The notes below the pieces were generated by a model. The model was given only the letters and a program-made list of their open reading frames with translations, did no database searches and was not told the origin of the DNA. Below are positions 36,925-45,335 of a stretch of 64,000 bases of DNA, piece after piece. A program made the position numbers and the translations under genes. This stretch comes from an uncultured Omnitrophica bacterium (GTDB lineage Bacteria > Omnitrophota > Gorgyraeia > JACQQV01). The stretch's first letter is position 1; each line of letters begins with the position of its first letter. The stretch spans positions 1,515 to 65,514 of the forward strand of contig CAMTXH010000011.1 in the NCBI GenBank assembly GCA_947085655.1, read 5' to 3'.

Positions 36925-37799
36925 CGACACTTCGCCATTTTTGGGAGTTGATCCGGCCGTTTACACTTCTTCCTCCCGCCGTCGGGTTTTTGTCGGCGGC
37001 GGTCATCGGGGCAAGGGGCTGGCCCCCGCCCCTCTCTTTTTTCGGGGTCGCGGCCGCTGTTTTTCTGAACGCGGCTTCCAATGCCGTCAATCAAATTTTT
37101 GATCTGGAGATCGACCGGCTCAATAAGCCCACGCGCGTCCTTCCATCGGGGAGACTCTCCCTTCGGCAGGCCGCCGGGGCCGCGGTTTTTTTCCTTGGTT
37201 TGGCGCTTGGGTCCGCCTGGCAAGTACCGAATAAACAGTTCTTCGGCATCGTGGTCCTCGCGGCCTTGATCACTTTTTTCTATTCCAGCCCGCCGCTTCG
37301 GATGAAACAGTTTCCGTTTCTTTCGAATCTCTGGATTGCCGTTCCGCGGGGGATGCTTTTGATGGTGAGCGGCTGGGCTTCGGTTCGGGATATTTGGGAG
37401 CGGGAGGTCTGGGTCATCGGGGTCATTTTCGGCCTTTTTGTTTTCGGGGCGACGACGACGAAAGACTTCAGCGATGTGGAGGGAGATCGATCCTTCGGCT
37501 GCCGGACCCTGCCGGATCTTTTGGGATTCCGGGGGGCAGCACTCTTCATGGCGCCGTTTTTAAGTCTTTCGTTTTTGGGCTTGCCGCTTGCGAAGGGAGC
37601 GGGATTTTTGACCGGCCGGGGGGATCTTTTGCTTGCCTCGGGGATTGTCCTTTCCGCATGGGGCGCGTATACGGCCTGGCTCATTCTTCGTAAACCCGAG
37701 GCGCTCGCCATCGACCAAAACCATGTTTCCTGGAAGCATATGTATCTGATGCTGATGGCGGCCCAGATCGGGACGGCCGCTTCTTATTGGGGGATCTGA
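36921..37799 (+). CDS. UbiA-superfamily prenyltransferase (DGGGP synthase/chlorophyll synthase-like motifs)
   Basis: LIRPFT, NQIFDLEIDRLNKPTRVLPSG, YSSPPLRMK and KDFSDVEGDRSFGCRTLP. Confidence 0.9.
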   Translation: MTTLRHFWELIRPFTLLPPAVGFLSAAVIGARGWPPPLSFFGVAAAVFLNAASNAVNQIFDLEIDRLNKPTRVLPSGRLSLRQAAGAAVFFLGLALGSAWQVPNKQFFGIVVLAALITFFYSSPPLRMKQFPFLSNLWIAVPRGMLLMVSGWASVRDIWEREVWVIGVIFGLFVFGATTTKDFSDVEGDRSFGCRTLPDLLGFRGAALFMAPFLSLSFLGLPLAKGAGFLTGRGDLLLASGIVLSAWGAYTAWLILRKPEALAIDQNHVSWKHMYLMLMAAQIGTAASYWGI

Positions 37800-38539
37800 T
37801 GCGGGACCGGCTGGAGAGTCTTGTCCGTTCGAGGATCTGTTATCTTTATCTTTTTTTCGCAACCGTTTTCGCGTTTTTTTTCGCCAAAGGGAGCGGTTCG
37901 AAGCTTGCGTTACCGATTTTGATGACGCTCGTCATTTATCCGGTGTACGCCCTAGACCTTTCGCAAGGCGCCCGGCGTCTTGCCGCATTCCATACCTTTT
38001 TTTGGGCCGCTGTCGCCTCAGTCTTGATGGTTATTTTCGTGCGGGAGGATCCCAACCAGTTGTCGAACCTCGTCTTTAAGGGAATAGCCTACCGGGATGA
38101 AATGTTCCGGTGGATTCTCACCGGAGAAGGAGCGGAGGGGAACATCCGGCTCTTTCTCCCGGAACATCTGAAACATTTTGCCCTCTTTTGCGCAAGCACT
38201 CTCATCACGGGCGGCGTCTGGGGTCTTGCCTTCGGGGCGATACTGCTCAATTACATGAACTTTTATGTCGGCACTCTTTCGCTTCATGCACATGATCCCC
38301 TTCTTGTGGCGGTTTTGGGATGGCCGCCCTGGAGTCTTTTGCGGGTGATCGGATATGTCTTGTGCGGGGTTGCTTTGTCGGAGCCGCTTTTGTCTCAACT
38401 CCTCCGCTTCCGTCTCAATTTCGGAAAATCTGCCCGCTGGTTTTTCTTCGGGCTCCTTTTCATCGTTCTGGACATTTTGGTTAAGGCGAACCTTGCCGGT
38501 TTCTGGAGAGGGCTCCTAAGGGGTCTTGTTTCGTTCTGA
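37799..38539 (+). CDS. Integral membrane protein (possibly SpoIIM/DUF95-like)
   Basis: About 6-7 TM helices, translationally coupled to the UbiA gene (TGATG). Confidence 0.7.
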   Translation: MRDRLESLVRSRICYLYLFFATVFAFFFAKGSGSKLALPILMTLVIYPVYALDLSQGARRLAAFHTFFWAAVASVLMVIFVREDPNQLSNLVFKGIAYRDEMFRWILTGEGAEGNIRLFLPEHLKHFALFCASTLITGGVWGLAFGAILLNYMNFYVGTLSLHAHDPLLVAVLGWPPWSLLRVIGYVLCGVALSEPLLSQLLRFRLNFGKSARWFFFGLLFIVLDILVKANLAGFWRGLLRGLVSF

Positions 38540-38540
38540 C

Positions 38541-39161
38541 ATGGCTGACTTTTATACCGTCTGGTACCGGACCATGAAGAGGGGGATCGACATCTCCCTT
38601 TCGCTTATCGGGATTCTTTTGACCCTTCCGGTCTGGGTGGTGGTGGCCATCGCGATCAAATGCGATTCCAGGGGTCCTGTGATTTTTAAGCAGATCCGTG
38701 TGGGAAAAGACGGCCACCTTTTCACTTTTTACAAGTTCCGTTCGATGCATCTCGGCGCAGAGGAGATGAAGATAAAGCTCAAACACTTGAGCACGGCGGA
38801 GGGCCCCATCTTTAAGATCAAAGATGATCCGCGGGTGACGCGGATCGGACGTTTCCTCAGGCGCACGACCCTGGATGAACTGCCGCAACTCTTCAATGTG
38901 CTGAAGGGAGAAATGAGCTTGGTCGGACCGCGCCCGCCTCTTCCGGAAGAGGTGGCCTTGTATACCCCCCTTCAGCGAAAACGGCTGGATGTGACGCCGG
39001 GGCTGACCTGTCTTTGGCAGGTGAGCGGAAGGAGTGAAGTGTCGTTTTCGGAATGGGTTCAACTCGACCTTTATTATATTCAGCACCAGTCCCTGCTTTT
39101 GGACATCAAGATTTTAATTCGAACGATTCCGGCGGTTCTCTCCCGCCGCGGCGCTTATTAG
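38541..39161 (+). CDS. Priming phosphoglycosyltransferase (Bac_transf, small monotopic PGT)
   Basis: KRGIDI, KFRSM, DDPRVT, LDELPQL..VLKGEMSLVGPRP and PGLTCLWQVSGRS. Confidence 0.95.
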   Translation: MADFYTVWYRTMKRGIDISLSLIGILLTLPVWVVVAIAIKCDSRGPVIFKQIRVGKDGHLFTFYKFRSMHLGAEEMKIKLKHLSTAEGPIFKIKDDPRVTRIGRFLRRTTLDELPQLFNVLKGEMSLVGPRPPLPEEVALYTPLQRKRLDVTPGLTCLWQVSGRSEVSFSEWVQLDLYYIQHQSLLLDIKILIRTIPAVLSRRGAY

Positions 39162-39173
39162 GAGGATGAGGAA

Positions 39174-40436
39174 ATGTCACTCTTTAAGAAAATTTTGACG
39201 TTGGGGGGAAACGAGACCTACGACCGGGCGATGAATCATTACAACCGCGCGGAGTATGAAGAGGCGATCCGGGAATTTGATAAGATTACCAAATTCCCGC
39301 TTGGGGGAGGGCGGCTTTATCCGCGGCTCGCCCTTTTCTACGAGGGACAGGCCTATCGGAATCTGGGACTGGTGGAGATGCACCAGGGACGTTTCGCCGA
39401 AGCGGTCCCAAAGTTTGAAAAAGCGGCGCAGCTCACCCCGGAGAATGTCGAGATCCATCTTTATCTGGGGCTCTCGTATAACAACGAAGGACGTTACGAA
39501 GATGCGGTGCAGGAGTTGACGCTGGTCGTCCGGGAGGAGCCGCGGGATGTGCAAGGGTATCTCCGTCTTGCCTCTGCCCTGACGAATGCGGGACGGCTTC
39601 CGGAAGCGGAGGAGCAGCTCCGGAAGGCGATCCGGATGGAGAAAGGATATGCCGACCTCCATTTTCTTCTGGCCAATGTCCTGGTCCGAAAGGGAGAACA
39701 TGCCGCCGCCGCGGCCTCCTTTGAAGAGGCGATCCGGCTGAACGACAAATATCTCGAGGCGTATGCCAGACTCGGATATACCTTCGGTTTTCTCTCCGAT
39801 TGGGAGAAAGCAAAGGAGAAAATTCGAAAAGCCCTTTCTCTCTCTCCAGCAGACCCCTCCCCCAGGGAATCCCTCCTCTTATTAGAGGAAGGGACTACGA
39901 AGGGGAACGACGCTTTTCTTCAGAAGGGGCATGAGGCGTTTTCGGCGGCCCTGACGATTGACCCACGGGCAGCCGATACCTTCATGGCGCTTCAAAAGGC
40001 CCAGAGGGATATCGGTTTTTATAACACGTTGGTTCAGATCTATCAGAATGCGGTACACGACCACCCGAACTACGCCGATTTTCACTACGGCCTCGGAAAT
40101 GCCTGTCATCAGCTCGAGCGGCGGAAGGAAGCGATTCAACATTACGAGAAAGCCCTTTCGATCAATCCGAATTACATCCAGGCCCAGATCGCCCTCGGTT
40201 ACTGCTACAAAGAGATCGGAAACCGCGAAGCGGCCAAAAAGATTTTTGAACAACTCGCGGCAAAGGAAACGCACCATCCGGAGGTCTTTTTCCAGTTGGG
40301 ACTTCTGTTAGGGGAGGAGGGGGAGTTGGATCGCGCCATCACCCTCATCGAAAAAGCGCTCGCCATGAGGCGGGATCTGGAGGGGGCCAAAGAGGCGTTG
40401 GAGGCCCTTCGGAAAAAAAGGAGAGGACTTGGCTAA
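39174..40436 (+). CDS. Tetratricopeptide repeat protein
   Basis: Many TPRs, including YRNLGL, HLYLGL, YADLHFLLA and YADFHYGLG. Confidence 0.9.
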   Translation: MSLFKKILTLGGNETYDRAMNHYNRAEYEEAIREFDKITKFPLGGGRLYPRLALFYEGQAYRNLGLVEMHQGRFAEAVPKFEKAAQLTPENVEIHLYLGLSYNNEGRYEDAVQELTLVVREEPRDVQGYLRLASALTNAGRLPEAEEQLRKAIRMEKGYADLHFLLANVLVRKGEHAAAAASFEEAIRLNDKYLEAYARLGYTFGFLSDWEKAKEKIRKALSLSPADPSPRESLLLLEEGTTKGNDAFLQKGHEAFSAALTIDPRAADTFMALQKAQRDIGFYNTLVQIYQNAVHDHPNYADFHYGLGNACHQLERRKEAIQHYEKALSINPNYIQAQIALGYCYKEIGNREAAKKIFEQLAAKETHHPEVFFQLGLLLGEEGELDRAITLIEKALAMRRDLEGAKEALEALRKKRRGLG

Positions 40437-41481
40437 ATTCTTTCCGCTCAAGACCGGTGTTTCCTATTTCGGGAATTATTTTTTGGGACATTTCAAGCGG
40501 GATCTGAAGACGATGGTCCGGGGGGGATGCAATTTCATCGTCCTCACCTTCAGCGAACTCGACCTTCAATATTACCGTGGAACAATGAAAGACATGGTGA
40601 AGGCCTCTCAGGATGCGGGATTGGAAGTCTATCTCGATCCCTGGGGCATCGGACGTGTCTTCGGCGGAGAATCCTATTCGGAGTTTCTCGTGCGTCAGCC
40701 ACAGACCTGCCAGGTCAGCTCCACCGGAAAGCGCCTTCCGATTGCCTGTCTGAACCACCCGCTCTTTCAGGATTTTTTGATGGAATGGTGCGAGGCCGGA
40801 TTTGAATTCAAAATCGATTATTTCTTCTGGGACGAGCCCCACTTTCATCTGTTTAAACATGAGGAGAGAGAAAAAGGACTCTGGAGCTGCCGCTGCCCGG
40901 TCTGTCAGAAACAGTTTGAGCAGAAATTCGGAAAGCAGATGCCAAAAACCTACACCGCCGAGGTTCGGCTTTTCCGGGAAAGTTCTGTGGTCCGATTCCT
41001 CAAGAAATTCTGCAACATCGCCAAAAAGGAAGGGTTCCGAAACGCCGTCTGTCTCCTGCCCGATATTTACAGCCAATACGCCTTCCGGGACTGGGAAAAA
41101 GTCGCCGCGATCAAAACTGTGGATGTCTTTGGTACCGACCCTTACTGGCACTTCGGCGTATCGGATGTGGCGACTTTTGTGAGGGGCTATGCCCGCCGGG
41201 TCGTTGCCCTATCCCGGAAATACCGGAAAGAACCCCAAATCTGGATTCTGAATTTCAGGATTCGGAAGGGGAAGGAGCGGGACATTTCCCTTGCCATCCG
41301 GGCCGCCTATGAAGAGGGGATCCGGAACTTTGCCGCCTGGTCCTACTGGGGAACCGGCCAGATGTCCTACCTGAGAAGCGATAACCCTAACCGGGTCTGG
41401 CAGACCCTCTCCCGCGCCTACCGCTCCCTCCATAAGGGACGTTTCCCTGGCCCTGCCAGGGGCGGGGCCAGGACAGGCTAG
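40429..41481 (+). CDS. Putative TIM-barrel glycoside-hydrolase-like protein (GH42-like Cys motif)
   Basis: GVSYF, CLNHP.F, FWDEPH, CRCPVCQKQF and GTDPYW. The last ~15 codons lie in a repeat element. Confidence 0.65.
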   Translation: MAKFFPLKTGVSYFGNYFLGHFKRDLKTMVRGGCNFIVLTFSELDLQYYRGTMKDMVKASQDAGLEVYLDPWGIGRVFGGESYSEFLVRQPQTCQVSSTGKRLPIACLNHPLFQDFLMEWCEAGFEFKIDYFFWDEPHFHLFKHEEREKGLWSCRCPVCQKQFEQKFGKQMPKTYTAEVRLFRESSVVRFLKKFCNIAKKEGFRNAVCLLPDIYSQYAFRDWEKVAAIKTVDVFGTDPYWHFGVSDVATFVRGYARRVVALSRKYRKEPQIWILNFRIRKGKERDISLAIRAAYEEGIRNFAAWSYWGTGQMSYLRSDNPNRVWQTLSRAYRSLHKGRFPGPARGGARTG

Positions 41482-41571
41482 TTCTGGCCCCGAAGCCTGC
41501 CGGGGTGTCCCCAGTCTGCCCTGACCGGCAGGCCAAGGGGACAGGTTGGGGCCAAGTGTAGAAACGTCCCT
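41435..41571. repeat. GGGACGTTTC-family element, copy 2, with nested short palindromes
   Basis: AGGGACGTTTC...GAAACGTCCCT ends. The right arm GGGACAGGTTGGGGCCAAGTGTAGAAACGTCCCT differs at one base from copy 3. Confidence 0.85.
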
Positions 41572-41586
41572 CGAGTGAAACAAAGT

Positions 41587-41641
41587 ATTGACCCTTCGAC
41601 TCCGCTCAGGGTCAATGGTGAGTGGAATCGAAACCATTGAC
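41587..41641. repeat. TTCGACTCCGCTCA REP-like doublet
   Basis: ATTGACCC-TTCGACTCCGCTCA-GGGTCAATGGT-GAGTGGAATCGAA-ACCATTGAC. Same core as 4275-4319. Confidence 0.8.
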
Positions 41642-41665
41642 ACTTTTTTAATGTTGTGCTACCTT
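41637..41665 (+). promoter_or_regulatory. Putative sigma70 promoter of the ROK-GH94 operon
   Basis: TTGACA-17 nt-TACCTT with an extended -10 TG, followed by the imperfect palindrome TAAAAAAG-CGA-CTTTTTA. Confidence 0.65.
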
Positions 41666-41701
41666 AAAAAAGCGACTTTTTAAAAGAGATTAAAAAGAAA
41701 G

Positions 41702-42943
41702 ATGAGACGGGTTTATTCCACAGACCAAGACCTGACCGACCGCGAACGGAAGAACCTCCTGATCCTGGAGGCGATCCGAAGGCAGAAAGAGACCACCAAA
41801 ACCGAAATCTCCAAACTGACCAAACTCAACATCGTCACGATTTCCAACTATGTCAACCACTTCATTGAACAGGGACTCGTGATTGAGAAGGGGTATGACA
41901 TCTCGGGCGGCGGGCGGCGGCCTCTTCTTCTGGAACTGAATCCCAAAGTCGGCTATGTGGTCGGCCTCGGGCTTTCCATGACCAATATGGTCGGCACCCT
42001 CACCGATCTCGGCGGACATGTTGTCGCGGAACTGAAGCGGGAGAAGCCGCCGGTGGTCGCCACCCGAAACAGCCCCCTTTCGCAGGAGTCGGCCGAGGCG
42101 ATTGTTCAGGGGTTGATTCAGCTGGCGAGTGACCTGATGGATCAATCCAAAGTGGATGTGGCAAAAGTCAAGGGAATCGGTGTCGGGATTCCCGGCATCA
42201 TCGATGAACCGGGCCGGACCGTCCGCTGGACTTCCCAGATCGGGGTGCCCGGCAAAGAAAGCCCTTACGATGTTTCCATCTCCATCTCCGTCAAAGACCT
42301 TTTTGAGCATCGGTTCAATATCCCGACTTTTATCGAGAATGACGCCACCGTGGCCGCTTTCGGGGTGTTGTGGCTCGGTCTTGAGCCGGGAATCAAAAAC
42401 CTCATTTATATGTATTCCGGCGTCGGATGCGGCATCATCATTAACGGAGAAGTCTATCGGGGAACGAGCGGCGGCGCCGGGGAACTCACCGTTTATCAGT
42501 TAAAGGATGGACAGAACAGTCTGTCACTCGGTCCGCTGCAGATGGTCGGACTGGATATGGGGATGTTGCAAAAGGCGCGCGAGGGGATGGGAAAAGGGGC
42601 GGAGACGATCCTCAGGGCGGAGGGACTCTCCGCAAAAAGAATCATTGAGGCGGCGAAGGACGGAGACCGATTTGCGACGGAACTGGTGGAGGAAGGCGGC
42701 ATCGCCCTCGGCCTCAAAGTCGCCTTTTTGGTCAATTTTCTGAATCCGGAAGTGGTGGTGATCGGCGGCGGGATGGAGGAAGCCGGCTCAATCATCCTGG
42801 AACCGATCAAGCGGGTTGTCAAACAATGTTCCTTCGCTGAGCATGCCGGAGATGTTCGGATTATTCCCTCCCGGTTGGGGGAGAATGCGGTGGCGCTCGG
42901 TGCCGCGAGTCTTGTCATTCAAAGCGCTTTTGCACAGGCATAA
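41702..42943 (+). CDS. ROK family transcriptional regulator
   Basis: N-terminal wHTH with SGGGRRP, then GIGVGIPG, IENDA, GVGCGIIING and NFLNPEVVVIGG. Confidence 0.92.
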   Translation: MRRVYSTDQDLTDRERKNLLILEAIRRQKETTKTEISKLTKLNIVTISNYVNHFIEQGLVIEKGYDISGGGRRPLLLELNPKVGYVVGLGLSMTNMVGTLTDLGGHVVAELKREKPPVVATRNSPLSQESAEAIVQGLIQLASDLMDQSKVDVAKVKGIGVGIPGIIDEPGRTVRWTSQIGVPGKESPYDVSISISVKDLFEHRFNIPTFIENDATVAAFGVLWLGLEPGIKNLIYMYSGVGCGIIINGEVYRGTSGGAGELTVYQLKDGQNSLSLGPLQMVGLDMGMLQKAREGMGKGAETILRAEGLSAKRIIEAAKDGDRFATELVEEGGIALGLKVAFLVNFLNPEVVVIGGGMEEAGSIILEPIKRVVKQCSFAEHAGDVRIIPSRLGENAVALGAASLVIQSAFAQA

Positions 42944-42944
42944 A

Positions 42945-45326
42945 ATGCAATACGGACACTTTTCTAAAAACGGGAAGGAATTCATCATCACGCGGCCGGA
43001 TACGCCGAAGCCGTGGTTTAATTATCTTTTCAACGACCTTTACCATGCCCTCGTCTCCCAGACCGGCGGCGGCTACAGTTACCACGACGACCCGAAATCA
43101 AACCGGATTCTCCGGTATGAACATATCCAGACCGACCGGCCGGGCCGTTACATCTATGTCCGGGATGAAGAGGACAAATCCTATTGGTCGCTGAACTGGC
43201 AGCCGGTCCGCGAGACACCCGATTTCTGGGAAACCCGCCACGGGCTCGGCTATTCGATTCTCACCTCCCGCACCCACGGCATCGAGGGGAAAATCACCTA
43301 CCTCGTCTCCCAGAAAAGTCCCGTCGAAATCTGGCAGGTCCGGGTGAAGAACTTAAGCAAGCGCCGGAGGAAGTTGAAACTCTATCCCTTCGTGGAATTT
43401 GTCTCCGGGGATATCGAACTGGAGACCTGCTACCGGAACATCCTCTCCCTCTACAACGAGGCCCACTTTGATGAGAAAACGAGGGCGATTATCGCGAGGA
43501 AATATCCCTTCAGGCGGGGGATGCCGGAGTGGTTCAATTTCTTCGGGACGAGCGCCAAAATTTCCGGCTATGAGACCTCCAAGGAAAGTTTTATCGGCCG
43601 CTACAACGACTACGGCACGCCGCAGGAGATCCGCGAGGGGAAACTCCGGAATCAGGATTCTCGCGGGGAGGATATGATCGGCGTTTTCGAGATCCGGGCG
43701 GAGTTGGAACCGAAGGAGGAAATCTCGTTTGTAGTCTGCCTCGGGTTTGCAACCAGTCTCCAGGAAGCGGGGGCCTGCCTCCGGAAATACCGGCGTCAAG
43801 AAGTGATTGAAGAAGAACTTCTTGAAATCAAAAGTTACTGGGATGGTGTGGTCGGCCGGATCCGCGTCCATACCCCGGATCCGCATTTTGACTTGATGAC
43901 GAATATCTGGGGGAAATACCAACTCTTCGCCATCATCCATTCCCGCGGGACATCCAGTTATCACGGGACAGAGGGGGGGCTCGGTTATCGGGATACCGCT
44001 CAGGATTCCGAAGGGCTCCTTTCGCTCCGGCTGGATGCCGCCATGGAAAAAATCGAAAAACTCCTCTATTACCAGTACAACAGCGGTCACGCGGTTTCCG
44101 GCTTTTCCTATTCGGAAGGTTCCTGGGATAAAAACCACCAGGCGGTGGTGACAGGTAAAGCGGATGTGGCGGTCTGGCTCCCCTACACCGTCGTTTCCTA
44201 TATCAAGGAAACGGGGGATGTCGGTTTTCTCAAGAAAAAATACCGGTTTCATGACGGCGGCGATGCGACGGTCTATGAGCATATCAAACGGGCGGTCCGG
44301 TATCTCTTCCAGAACCGCGGAAGCCACGGTCTTCCGCTCATCCGGAAGGCGGACTGGAACGATGCGTACGACCATGTCGGTATCGGCGGCAAAGGGGAGA
44401 GTGTCTGGCTTGCGATGGCGCTGGCGCGCGCCTGCCGCCAGATGGAATCCCTCGCCCACTTTTTGAAAGACAGGAAGACCGAACTGGAGATGCGGAAGAA
44501 ATTCGAGACGATGCGCCAGGTCGTCAACCGGGCCGGATGGGATGGGGGATGGTATCTGGCTGCCTTCAACGACGAAGGATACCGGATCGGCTCCGCCAAA
44601 AATGAAGAAGGCAAGGTTCCCCTCAACAGCCAGACGTGGGCGATTTTGGGTGAAGTGGTTCCTCCGGACCGCCGGAAAAAAATTCTCAAACTCATCGATG
44701 AATATCTGGATACCGAGTACGGTCCAGCCCTTTTCCTCCCGAGTTATACCCGGTTCCACCCAGGCATCGGGCGCGTGACCGCCTTTGCAGAAGGGACCAA
44801 GGAAAATGCCGCCGTCTTTTCCCATGCCTGTGCTTTCAAGGTGGTGGCCGATTGTCTGTTGGGCCGGGGGGACAAGGCCTACGAGACCTTTACCAAACTT
44901 CTTCCCATGAACAATTCGAAAAATAACCACATTCAATACACGGCCGAACCGTATGTGTGGGCGGAGTATGTCATCGGTCCCGGCTCCCGGTATAAATTCG
45001 GCGAGGGGAATTTCACCTGGAACACCGGAACGACACCGTGGATGTTCCTGGCGGCGACCGAGTGGATTTTAGGGGTCCGTCGGGAATTCGAAGGTCTTTT
45101 AATCGATCCCTGTCTGCCCCGCCACTGGAAAAAGGCCTCCATCCGGCGGCCCTTCCGGGGAGCGGTTTACGAAGTCACCCTCGAGAATCCGGAAGGGGTT
45201 GAAAAAGGGGTAAAGAAAATCATTCTCGACGGAAAACTATTCCACGGCACACTCATTCCCCCGCACGGCGACGGCAAGACCCACCATGTGCGGGTCATTA
45301 TGGGAACGCGCCGCGCGAAACGGTAG
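42945..45326 (+). CDS. GH94 glycoside phosphorylase (cellobiose/chitobiose phosphorylase-like)
   Basis: MQYGHFS...TPKPWFNYL, GLGYRDTAQD, catalytic ADWND, GESVW, KENAAVFSH and WNTGT. Real start is ATG 42945. Confidence 0.93.
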   Translation: MQYGHFSKNGKEFIITRPDTPKPWFNYLFNDLYHALVSQTGGGYSYHDDPKSNRILRYEHIQTDRPGRYIYVRDEEDKSYWSLNWQPVRETPDFWETRHGLGYSILTSRTHGIEGKITYLVSQKSPVEIWQVRVKNLSKRRRKLKLYPFVEFVSGDIELETCYRNILSLYNEAHFDEKTRAIIARKYPFRRGMPEWFNFFGTSAKISGYETSKESFIGRYNDYGTPQEIREGKLRNQDSRGEDMIGVFEIRAELEPKEEISFVVCLGFATSLQEAGACLRKYRRQEVIEEELLEIKSYWDGVVGRIRVHTPDPHFDLMTNIWGKYQLFAIIHSRGTSSYHGTEGGLGYRDTAQDSEGLLSLRLDAAMEKIEKLLYYQYNSGHAVSGFSYSEGSWDKNHQAVVTGKADVAVWLPYTVVSYIKETGDVGFLKKKYRFHDGGDATVYEHIKRAVRYLFQNRGSHGLPLIRKADWNDAYDHVGIGGKGESVWLAMALARACRQMESLAHFLKDRKTELEMRKKFETMRQVVNRAGWDGGWYLAAFNDEGYRIGSAKNEEGKVPLNSQTWAILGEVVPPDRRKKILKLIDEYLDTEYGPALFLPSYTRFHPGIGRVTAFAEGTKENAAVFSHACAFKVVADCLLGRGDKAYETFTKLLPMNNSKNNHIQYTAEPYVWAEYVIGPGSRYKFGEGNFTWNTGTTPWMFLAATEWILGVRREFEGLLIDPCLPRHWKKASIRRPFRGAVYEVTLENPEGVEKGVKKIILDGKLFHGTLIPPHGDGKTHHVRVIMGTRRAKR

Positions 45327-45335
45327 GAGGCAAAA

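Noticed and set aside
36921-37799. Calling the UbiA protein chlorophyll synthase or DGGGP synthase outright
   Set aside because: The motifs are shared across the subfamily, and no photosynthesis or GGGP synthase genes are in the window. Phylogeny is needed.
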